NCBI GenBank assembly: GCA_028819345.1
Contig: JAPPLW010000103.1
Location: 98,424 to 162,423 of the forward strand
Origin: a bacterium
GTDB taxonomy: Bacteria > Actinomycetota > Acidimicrobiia > Spongiisociales > ZC4RG35
Direction of reading: 5' to 3'
Length of the DNA stretch: 64,000 bases
A program made the translations under genes and the position numbers. Below, in pieces: positions 56,832 to 64,000 of this stretch. The first letter of the stretch is position 1, and every line of letters begins with the position of its first letter. The notes beneath the pieces were generated by a model, which searched no databases, was not told the DNA's origin, and saw only the letters and a list, made by a program, of their open reading frames with translations.

Positions 56832-57845
56832 GTGGGCGCCCTGCGAACCGCGGTGGTGGGCACTGGAGCGATCGGATCGCTCCACGCTCGCGTCTATGCC
56901 GAGCATCCCTACTCCGAGTTGGTGGGGATCGTGGACGTCAACCCCCAGACGGCGGCAGCGGTGGCCGAACCATTGGGGGTCCCCTGGTTCACCGAGGTGT
57001 CGGACCTGCTGTCGGCTTGCCAGTTCGACGCCGCATCAGTATCAGTGCCGGAGCACTATCGCTATGAGAGCGCCATGCCCCTGGCGAAGGCCGGCAAGCA
57101 CCTGCTGTTGGAGAAGCCGCTGGCGCCCAGCCTGGCGGAAGCGGATCGCCTGATAGCCGACCTGCGAGAGACGGGCGTCTTCACCATGGTGAACTTCATC
57201 CTCCGATTCGATCCTCGTTATTCGGAGGCCAAGGCGGCGGCTGCCAGTGGAAGGCTGGGGGACATCCACACCATGTTCACCCGCCGGCGGGGATCGTACC
57301 TGGGCGCGGACATCTACGGGGTCTGGACCGACCTGCTGATATCCACCGGCATCCACGATCTGGACGCCATGGCCTGGATGGCGGACTCGCCGGTCACGCG
57401 TGTGTACGCCGAGACCATCTCCCGCCGCCTGGCAGACTACGGGCATGACGACGCGGCCATGGTGATGGTGCGCTTCGCGAATGGCGCCATCGGCGTCCTG
57501 GAGACCAGTTGGGTGATGCCCAATCGTCTCCCGGCCGGCCTGGACGCCTGCCTGGAGGTGGTAGGAACCGGAGGAGCCGTCTTCGTAGACAGTTCGAATC
57601 ATGGTCTGTCGATAATGGACGCCGACGCATACACAAAGCCCGATCTCACCCACTGGCCGGTGATTCTGGACCGGGTGGGGGGAGACCTGGCCGCATCCCT
57701 GGACCACTTCATACGCTCGGTGAGGGCTGGCGCGGCTCCCGAGTTGACTCTCGAAAAGGCCAGGCACGCCCAGGCGATGGTTGACGCCGCCAAGCGGTCG
57801 GCTGCCAGCAACATTCCCGTGGAACTCACGCCTCCTCCCGACTGA
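56832..57845 (+). CDS. Gfo/Idh/MocA family oxidoreductase
   Basis: The GTG lies 1 nt after the MBL stop. Rossmann motif RTAVVGTGAIGSLHARVY. LLEKPLA motif. 337 aa. Confidence 0.85.
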   Translation: MGALRTAVVGTGAIGSLHARVYAEHPYSELVGIVDVNPQTAAAVAEPLGVPWFTEVSDLLSACQFDAASVSVPEHYRYESAMPLAKAGKHLLLEKPLAPSLAEADRLIADLRETGVFTMVNFILRFDPRYSEAKAAAASGRLGDIHTMFTRRRGSYLGADIYGVWTDLLISTGIHDLDAMAWMADSPVTRVYAETISRRLADYGHDDAAMVMVRFANGAIGVLETSWVMPNRLPAGLDACLEVVGTGGAVFVDSSNHGLSIMDADAYTKPDLTHWPVILDRVGGDLAASLDHFIRSVRAGAAPELTLEKARHAQAMVDAAKRSAASNIPVELTPPPD

Positions 57846-57864
57846 CATCGCGATCCGCTCCCGG

Positions 57865-58773
57865 TCAGGCCTCCAAAACGACGCCCTGAGGCAACTCGGC
57901 CAGCCACGGCGGATCGGCGCCCGGGCGGGAGCAGGTAATCGCCGCGGCGACAGTGGCAAGTTTCAGCACCCTTCGCCAATCGGCCAACTCCAAACTGCCG
58001 GTCCTCTCGGGGGCCTCCGCCACGCCAAGAGTCCAGAGCGAAGCCAGGATTGCCGCCACGAATGTATCCCCGGCCCCCACTTCGTCGGCCACCTCCACCG
58101 ACTCGGCGCCTGCCGACACTGCCCCCTCCTCGGTGTACACCGTGGCGCCCGACCTGCCATGGGTGACGAAGACCACCGAGGGTCTGCCCGACAGCAGTTC
58201 TTCGGCGCACTCCGCTCCACTCCTTCCGGGCCATATCCACGCCAGGTCCTCGTCGGAAGCCCGGTAGATGTCAGCTGTGGCCAGCCAACGCTGGTGATAG
58301 TGATGCCAGCGCGCTCGGTCATGGATGACCTGGGGGCGCACGTTGGGATCCACGGAGACAATGCCGGGGTGCCGTTCTGCCACACGGGCGAGGGTTTCAG
58401 CGGTGCGGCCGCGGAACATCCCGAGGGTTCCGCCGTGGAGGATGTGGGGACCCCTCCCGAGACGCTCCATCTCGACCGAAGTGAGCATCGTATCTGCGGT
58501 TCCCGTCCCTTCGAACTGGAAACGCAGCCGAGGCGTGTGTTCAACGATGGCCCGGGCCGTGGGTTCGGGGCCTCGCTGACAAGCCCGGAGATCCACCCCG
58601 TTGTCCCTTAGGAACGCCCAGATCGCTTCCCCGTGGGCGTCTTTGGAGATCCGGCCCACGAACGCGGATGGGACACCCAGACGAGCGCAGGCGACGGCAA
58701 CATTCATGGGCCCTCCGCCCGGCACGGGATCCGGAACCAGGTCCACAAGGGCTTCGCCGCTGCTAACGATCAC
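57865..58773 (-). CDS. PfkB-family sugar kinase (fructokinase-like)
   Basis: N-terminus GEALVDLVP..GGGPMNVAVACARLG. PfkB signature DEVGAGDTF. 302 aa. Confidence 0.85.
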   Translation of the reverse strand: MIVSSGEALVDLVPDPVPGGGPMNVAVACARLGVPSAFVGRISKDAHGEAIWAFLRDNGVDLRACQRGPEPTARAIVEHTPRLRFQFEGTGTADTMLTSVEMERLGRGPHILHGGTLGMFRGRTAETLARVAERHPGIVSVDPNVRPQVIHDRARWHHYHQRWLATADIYRASDEDLAWIWPGRSGAECAEELLSGRPSVVFVTHGRSGATVYTEEGAVSAGAESVEVADEVGAGDTFVAAILASLWTLGVAEAPERTGSLELADWRRVLKLATVAAAITCSRPGADPPWLAELPQGVVLEA

Positions 58774-58911
58774 ATCCCACCTACCAATCGGTTAACTTAG
58801 GGGCAATGGTCCGAAACGAACCTGCAAACCCGGCGCATCCAGTCTTTTACGGAAGCGGCGCCGGGAGCACCGCCCCCCAGGTCCAGCAGGCATCGTGATT
58901 GTGATCGGCTG

Positions 58912-60381
58912 ATGGTCGGATCCAACCCGAGAATCGGGGTAGCCTCCGTCTTTCAGGAGACCAACACCTTCAGCCCGAAACCAACAGTCTGGGAGGACTT
59001 CAAGGTCCTGGTGGGAGACGAGGCGGTGGAGGCTCTGGCGGGGACCAACACCGAGTTTGCGGGGGTGATGGCTGAACTGGACCGGCAGGGCGCCGAAGCG
59101 GTTCCTCTGGTCTCGGCCTACGCCCTCCCGTCGGGACGCGTCACGGAGGGGACGTTCCGGCGTCTTGTAGGGCTTCTTGACGCTGGCCTGGGGCAGGCCG
59201 GCCGGCTTGACGGGCTTGTGCTGGCGCTGCACGGGTCGATGACCTCGGAGTCGGTGTTCGATGCCGATTCCATGCTGGTGGAGGTCGCCCGCCGTTGGAT
59301 GGGCGCCGCGCCGGTCGGGGTGTGCCTGGACCTGCATGCCAACATGACCGCCCGGATGGTGGATGTTGCTGATGTGGTGGTCGGATATCACACCGAGCCC
59401 CACGTCGACATGGGATCGACCGGCGCTCGGATCGCACGGCTGTTGACCGCCGTCGTCCGGCATGAGATATCCCCGGCGATGGCGCTGGCCAAACGGGCTC
59501 TTCTCATTCCCGCCGAGGGTATGCGCACCGATCTCGGTCCGATGTCGGAGGTACGGGAACTGGCAGACCAACTGACCGTCGGTCGGGTACTGGACATATC
59601 TCTCTTCCCTGTGCAGCCCTGGCTGGATGTGCCGGAACTGGGCCTCGGGGTGTTGGTGGTCACCGACGACGACCCCGACAGCGCCTCTTTGATCGCCGAG
59701 GAACTGGCATACGAGGTTTGGCGGAGACGAGGTCGCATGACCACGCCCCGAATCATGACCCCGTCGGCGGCCTTCGCCACCGCGCGCCTCTCCTCGACAA
59801 GGCCCTTTGTGATGGCACACACGGCGGACTGCCCGACGGCCGGGGCTTCCGGAGACGATCCGATCATGGTGACGGAAGCTGCCCAATACGGAGCAGACCT
59901 TACGGTGATGCATTCGCTGCTGGATCCCGATGCGGCGCGCCGGTTGGCAGGTGAGGTGGGAAACCCGGTTCGATTGGAGGTGGGCGCAGCCTTCAACTCC
60001 GCGGCCCGCCCGGTCAACCTCGAGGGCTCCGTCGCCAACGCGGGAGGGGGAACATATCGGCTCACAGGTCATTCCCACACGGGAATGGAAGTCTCGATGG
60101 GGGAGTGGGCGGTGGTGACCTCCGGCTCCCACCATCTCCTGATAACTTCCCAACCCTCTGTCACGGGGGATCCGGCCACTTGGCGGCACGCCGGCCTGGA
60201 CCCCGACCTCACCGACGTGCTGGTTGTGCGATCGTGCAGCGACTACCGGCCGAACTTTGCTGACTCCGCGCCCGACGCCATCACGCTCGATCTTCCCGGC
60301 GCCAGCACCCCCCGGCTGGAGAGCCTTCGCTTCCAGCACGTCCCGCGACCTATCTACCCCATCGATCCAGTCCTGATCTGA
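58912..60381 (+). CDS. M81 family metallopeptidase (MlrC-like, DUF1485 N-terminus)
   Basis: N-terminus RIGVASVFQETNTFSP and LALHGSMTSE are typical of MlrC-family proteins. 489 aa. Confidence 0.8.
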   Translation: MVGSNPRIGVASVFQETNTFSPKPTVWEDFKVLVGDEAVEALAGTNTEFAGVMAELDRQGAEAVPLVSAYALPSGRVTEGTFRRLVGLLDAGLGQAGRLDGLVLALHGSMTSESVFDADSMLVEVARRWMGAAPVGVCLDLHANMTARMVDVADVVVGYHTEPHVDMGSTGARIARLLTAVVRHEISPAMALAKRALLIPAEGMRTDLGPMSEVRELADQLTVGRVLDISLFPVQPWLDVPELGLGVLVVTDDDPDSASLIAEELAYEVWRRRGRMTTPRIMTPSAAFATARLSSTRPFVMAHTADCPTAGASGDDPIMVTEAAQYGADLTVMHSLLDPDAARRLAGEVGNPVRLEVGAAFNSAARPVNLEGSVANAGGGTYRLTGHSHTGMEVSMGEWAVVTSGSHHLLITSQPSVTGDPATWRHAGLDPDLTDVLVVRSCSDYRPNFADSAPDAITLDLPGASTPRLESLRFQHVPRPIYPIDPVLI

Positions 60382-60385
60382 GTGC

Positions 60386-61651
60386 TTGCCGGTCCTGGCT
60401 AATGTCTTGGTCGTGACCGATCTAACTCCTTCCGAACTCGACGTTCTCACCTTTTTGGAGGCCACCGCCGATGAACAGTTGGCGTTCGCCCGGGAACTGA
60501 TAGCCACGCCCAGCCCCACCCCGCCCGGTGACGAACGGGCGGTCGCCCTCCTGGTGAGGGAGCGTCTGGAGCGGTTGGGCATGAGCGACATAACCGAGTT
60601 GGCGGCCGTGCCAGAACGCCCCAACCTGGTGGTGAGGGTTCCCGGCGCCGGGGAGGGCCGGAACCTCATCCTGTCGGGCCACCTCGACACCAAGCCGGCG
60701 GGCGACATGTCCCGCTGGGAGACCGATCCCTGGGATCCGGTGATACGGGACGGCGACCTCTACGGGCTGGGCTCGGGGGACATGAAGGTGGCGGTGGCCG
60801 CCATGGTGTACTCGGCGGCGGCGCTGTCCCGCATCGAGGGATGGCCGGGCCAACTCCAACTGGTGTTCACCGCCGACGAGGAAGCAGGCTCGGCCCTGGG
60901 TTCCAAGTGGATGGCGGCGGAAGGCTACCTCCACGGGGACGCGGCCATCATCGGCGAGCCCTGCGGGGTGCTGTCCGAGTGGGAGCACATCGGGGTGGTC
61001 TCCCGGGGCGGGCTGCTCTTCAACATCCATGTGAAGGGCACCCAGATGCACTCCAGCGTCTCCGACCGGTTCGATCCGGTCAATGCCACGGTTGAGATGG
61101 CTTGGCTCATCCAGCGAATGCACGCCCAGATGAAGGGCTATCTCACCTACGAGCCGCACCATCTGGGGGGCCTTGGTCCCACCGTGAATGTGGGTGTGCT
61201 GGCGGAGGCGGGGGTTTACTACGGCGTGTACCCGGGAAACGCATGGTTCGGCTGCGACATCCGTCTGGTGCCCGGCATGACCCCCGAAAGCGTCACGGCC
61301 GACTTGCAGCGCTTCCTGGATGACGCAATGGAGGCGAACCCGAGGCTTGAGGCCGAGTTGGAGATCATAGGCGGCATCGAGGCCACCGAGATTCCCTTCG
61401 ACCACCCGGTGGTGAGCGCGATCCAGCACGCCTCCTCCCATGTGCTGGGAAAGCGCCTGGAACCGGTCATCTTCCCCGGCGCCACCGATGCCTACAGCTT
61501 CCAGGCCACGGCCGGGATACCTTCAGTGGCGGCGTTCGGCCCCGGCTACCTCCCCCGCGCCCACTCACCCAACGAGCACCTTGCCGCCGGGGGAGTGTAC
61601 GAGGCCTCCCGCATCTACGCCCTCGCGGCGCTGAAGTACCTCGCTGAGTAG
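60386..61651 (+). CDS. M20 family metallopeptidase (ArgE/DapE/ACY1-type)
   Basis: SGHLDTKP, GLGSGDMKVA and FTADEEAGS metal-ligand motifs. The start is uncertain: TTG 60386, TTG 60407 or GTG 60413. Confidence 0.85.
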   Translation: MPVLANVLVVTDLTPSELDVLTFLEATADEQLAFARELIATPSPTPPGDERAVALLVRERLERLGMSDITELAAVPERPNLVVRVPGAGEGRNLILSGHLDTKPAGDMSRWETDPWDPVIRDGDLYGLGSGDMKVAVAAMVYSAAALSRIEGWPGQLQLVFTADEEAGSALGSKWMAAEGYLHGDAAIIGEPCGVLSEWEHIGVVSRGGLLFNIHVKGTQMHSSVSDRFDPVNATVEMAWLIQRMHAQMKGYLTYEPHHLGGLGPTVNVGVLAEAGVYYGVYPGNAWFGCDIRLVPGMTPESVTADLQRFLDDAMEANPRLEAELEIIGGIEATEIPFDHPVVSAIQHASSHVLGKRLEPVIFPGATDAYSFQATAGIPSVAAFGPGYLPRAHSPNEHLAAGGVYEASRIYALAALKYLAE

Positions 61652-61696
61652 CGATTAAGGCCAACCGGCGAAGACCACGGTAACCTAACGAAGACC

Positions 61697-62524
61697 ATGG
61701 TAACGATGGTCTGCTGGAACATTGCTTGGAGAAAAGCTGCTTGGCGGTTCCTGCTAGGTTGCGGGGCAGACATTGCGCTCTTGCAGGAGACGAGCCTGCC
61801 CCCTGACGATGTAGCTGAGCAGATCGAGGCATCTGAGCAGATCGAGGTGGATCCGGCGCCGTTTCATGATGCTGATGGGAATAGGCTCTCGCGGGCGGCC
61901 ATCGTGAAGCTCTCCGATCGGGTTCAGGTGGAATGGCTGGAGCCTGTGCCGATTGCCGTAGCCCGAAGGGGTGACTTTGTTGAGAGTCAACCAGGCTCCA
62001 TAGCGGCCGCCGTCATTTCAGCACCGGGAGTGGCACCGTTCATCGCCGCTTCGATCTGTGCGGCATATGACAATGTCCATCGATCCGTGGGCAAGTCGTC
62101 CATTGTCGACGCTTCCGTCCATCGGGTCATCTCTGACCTGTCGCTGCTGATCGGGCACATAAGGAGACACCGAATCGTGGCTGCGGGCGACCTCACCGTC
62201 TGGCATGGCTACGGGAACAACGACTACTGGAAGGGGCGTAATGACACCGTGTTTGATCGAATGGAAGCCATTGGGCTTCCTCTGGTCGGGCCACAGTATC
62301 CTCACGGACGGCAGGCCGATCCTTGGCCGACCTGGTTGCCCGAGGACAGCCTGAACGTTCCCACCTACTACAACATAGGCGGATCCCCGGCTATGGCGAC
62401 AGGTCAGCTTGACTACGTGTTCGCTTCAAAGAGCATGGCGGACTCCGTAAAAGTACGAGCGCTGAACGGTGTTGAAGAGTGGGGTCCCAGCGACCATTGC
62501 CGAATTGAGATCGTGGTCACCTGA
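61697..62524 (+). CDS. Endonuclease/exonuclease/phosphatase (EEP) family protein
   Basis: N-terminus VCWNI...ADIALLQET and C-terminus GPSDHCRIEIVV are the EEP catalytic signatures. There are visibly more A/T-ending codons than in neighbouring genes. Confidence 0.75.
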   Translation: MVTMVCWNIAWRKAAWRFLLGCGADIALLQETSLPPDDVAEQIEASEQIEVDPAPFHDADGNRLSRAAIVKLSDRVQVEWLEPVPIAVARRGDFVESQPGSIAAAVISAPGVAPFIAASICAAYDNVHRSVGKSSIVDASVHRVISDLSLLIGHIRRHRIVAAGDLTVWHGYGNNDYWKGRNDTVFDRMEAIGLPLVGPQYPHGRQADPWPTWLPEDSLNVPTYYNIGGSPAMATGQLDYVFASKSMADSVKVRALNGVEEWGPSDHCRIEIVVT

Positions 62525-62570
62525 GGGGGGGAGTAGCTGATCCCGGTCACCGGTTCGAATAGCGGGCAAA

Positions 62571-62943
62571 GAACGAGTCCGCCTGTAAGCCGGATTCTGT
62601 GGGGACCGTCTCCGGCCCCCGGTGACCATCCATCTGGGATCACCGTCGCCGGTGACCTCCTGCGGCTCACCCGGGACTGATCAACGGGCCATTGCGTCCC
62701 TGCTTAGCCTTGCTCCAGGTAGGGTTTGCCAGCCGCCCCGGTCACCCGGGGCGCTGGTGGTCTCTTACACCACCGTTTCACCCTTGCCTGTGCCTCTCCC
62801 GAGGCCATCGGCGGTCTGTTCTCTGTGGCACTTTCCGTCGGGTCGCCCCGCCTGGGCGTTACCCAGCACCCTGCCCTGTGGAGTCCGGACTTTCCTCAGG
62901 CGTCGGTATGTCCTCCGCCCGCGGCCACCCGGCGAACTCGTTC
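62571..62943 (-). ncRNA. rnpB: RNase P RNA, bacterial type A
   Basis: The reverse complement contains GAGGAAAGTCCGGACTCCACAGGGCAGGGTGCTGGGTAACGCCCAG, AAGGGTGAAACGGTGGTGTAAGAGACCACCAGC and ACAGAATCCGGCTTACAGG. These are collinear with the universally conserved RNase P RNA regions. The terminal P1 pairing is CGAGTTCGCC / GGCGGACTCG. The ends are approximate, within about 10 nt. Confidence 0.9.
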
Positions 62944-63034
62944 TTTCTTCTTATGTTATGGCTTCACCGGCCACGGGTGCCATCGGTTTGGATAGTTGCC
63001 AAATGAGATCGCCGGACTCCGGTCGCCGAGTTCG

Positions 63035-63385
63035 TCAGCGGCGGCCGGCCCACCATCCGGTTAGGCCGCCGAGGATCACTCCCAGGGCTGCTGCCGACAG
63101 GACCTGGAGGGGCGTGGTGTTGGCCCCTCCCCGGGAGGCCAGTGTCACCAGGATTCCGACTATCACCAGGCCGGTGAGGGAACCGTGGAAACGTTGGCCC
63201 ATGGCGACGGTTCGTCCCGCCACCCATCCCCCCACCATCACTCCCACCACCAGGCCTGCCACCGCCCCGCCTCCTCGACTGTCCGGGCTGCCGAAACCGG
63301 GGACGATCTCCCAACCGAGCGCTCCCAGCCACCACTCGATCAGGGTCACGAGGGCCACCGCCAGCAGGCCTACCGCGGTCCCCAT
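63035..63385 (-). CDS. Small hypothetical membrane protein (Gly-rich TM helices)
   Basis: 116 aa from the ATG at 63385, with three to four hydrophobic Gly-rich helices. The longer ORF extension to 63973 overlaps the aquaporin gene in antisense and is implausible. Confidence 0.45.
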   Translation of the reverse strand: MGTAVGLLAVALVTLIEWWLGALGWEIVPGFGSPDSRGGGAVAGLVVGVMVGGWVAGRTVAMGQRFHGSLTGLVIVGILVTLASRGGANTTPLQVLSAAALGVILGGLTGWWAGRR

Positions 63386-63514
63386 TACCAGCGCCCGCAA
63401 ACGGACTCTTGGAATTCTCAAGCCTGTGACCTTTCGGTTGATCGTTGACCCTCTGCCTGTAAGTCGAGAAGGGTAGAGTTTCGGGTAGTCATCGCATAGC
63501 CAGGAGGAAGCATC

Positions 63515-64000
63515 ATGAAGCAGTCGTATGTCGCCGAGATGGTCGGCACATTCATCCTGGTGTCGATAGGGTCGCTGGCTGCTCTCTCCTCGGACGGGAA
63601 CCTGTTGATCGTGGCCTTCGGGTTCGGGTTTGCCTTGATGATCGCCCTTTACTCGGTAGGTCACATCTCGGGAGGGCACTTCAACCCGGCAGTGAGCCTG
63701 GCTATGCGGCTGGGAGGGTCTCTTACCACTGCTGACATGATCGGATACTGGGTGGCCCAGGTGGTGGGAGCGATACTGGCCTCGGTGGCAGTGCTCGCCA
63801 TGGCCGGATCCGATGCGGTAGTCGACACGATGAACATCTATGAGGACACCGGCCCGGCATTCGGAGCCGAGATCCTTCTCACCGGGGCTTTCGTACTGGT
63901 GATCATGGTGGTTGCCAGCCACGGTCTCGGTCACGCAAGGACCGTGATCTCCCTGGCGCTGGTTGCCATCCACCTGGCCGGGGTGCCGATCTCCGGCGCC
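63515..64000 (+). CDS. Aquaporin/MIP-family channel, 5' partial (runs off the window end)
   Basis: Absent from the ORF track because there is no stop before the window end. RBS AGGAGGA lies 6 nt upstream of the ATG at 63515. My translation gives MKQSYVAEMVGTFILV...GHISGGHFNPAVSLAM, containing the first NPA box, and stays open for all 162 codons. Confidence 0.85.
   Translation, partial: MKQSYVAEMVGTFILVSIGSLAALSSDGNLLIVAFGFGFALMIALYSVGHISGGHFNPAVSLAMRLGGSLTTADMIGYWVAQVVGAILASVAVLAMAGSDAVVDTMNIYEDTGPAFGAEILLTGAFVLVIMVVASHGLGHARTVISLALVAIHLAGVPISGA

Noticed and set aside
58792-60708. 638-aa minus-strand ORF opposite the M81 and M20 peptidase genes
   Set aside because: The forward frames carry recognisable MlrC (RIGVASVFQETNTFSP) and M20 metal-ligand motifs. 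The antisense product is Arg/Gly/Pro-rich with no domain signature.
62545-62570. GGTTCGAAT, resembling a tRNA T-loop, at 62552-62560
   Set aside because: The flanking bases (ACCGG / AGCGG) cannot form the 5-bp T-stem. No acceptor or anticodon arms can be drawn in the surrounding 80 nt. It lies just beyond the 3' end of rnpB.
62622-63476. 284-aa plus-strand ORF (and nested ORFs) over rnpB and the small membrane-protein gene
   Set aside because: It overlaps the RNase P RNA gene and is antisense to a plausible membrane protein. Its Pro/Arg/Ser-rich product has no features.
63386-63973. Upstream 196 codons of the 312-aa minus-strand ORF 63035-63973
   Set aside because: This part is antisense to the aquaporin gene, which has an RBS and the NPA motif. 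It is also rich in His/Arg/Asp/Gly without hydrophobic segments. Only the C-terminal 116-aa membrane-protein portion was retained.

Overview
High-GC (about 65% by eye), densely coded, actinobacterial-type chromosome segment. I call about 65 protein genes, one ncRNA (RNase P RNA) and one gene stub. I saw no rRNA, tRNA, CRISPR array, transposase or integrase. Many neighbouring genes overlap by 4 nt (ATGA/GTGA), so much of the window reads as tightly coupled operons.

Layout:
- 1-8700: one long operon. Three uncharacterised secreted proteins are followed by a divergent Tad/Flp-type secretion-pilus core.
- 8745-12984 (minus strand): iscS-like, mnmA and ligA, translationally coupled.
- 13142-15939: copZ-copA copper efflux plus a small anchored protein.
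- 15940-17900: a lower-GC islet with phased short repeats, a DUF4143-type AAA ATPase, a Phd/YefM antitoxin and an 18-codon vapC-like stub.
- 17941-20935: dapC-dapD-dapE, coupled to iolC.
- 20932-35000: a myo-inositol catabolic cluster (iolC, iolB, aldolase-like, CUT2 ABC transporter, iolE-like, SDR, iolD, iolG-like and others).
- 35483-38699: gatCAB.
- 38728-44251: an orphan LivK-like binding protein, a Tup/Mod-like oxyanion ABC system and pyk.
- 44353-52703: a VanW protein, a short MscS, an MFS transporter, a dehydrogenase, an aspartate aminotransferase, a LapA-like protein and an odd acidic aromatic-rich anchored protein.
- 52834-61651: a CUT1 sugar-uptake locus mixed with an MBL hydrolase, an oxidoreductase, a PfkB kinase and M81 and M20 peptidases.
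- 61697-64000: a low-GC3 EEP nuclease, rnpB, a small membrane protein and a 5' partial aquaporin.

The best candidate for something undescribed is the Tad-like operon. It is led by unknown secreted proteins that share short Cys motifs with each other and with the pilin-position protein. It has no Flp motif, TadZ or prepilin peptidase in the window.

All functional calls come from motifs I recognise in the translated ORFs. No database search was run.
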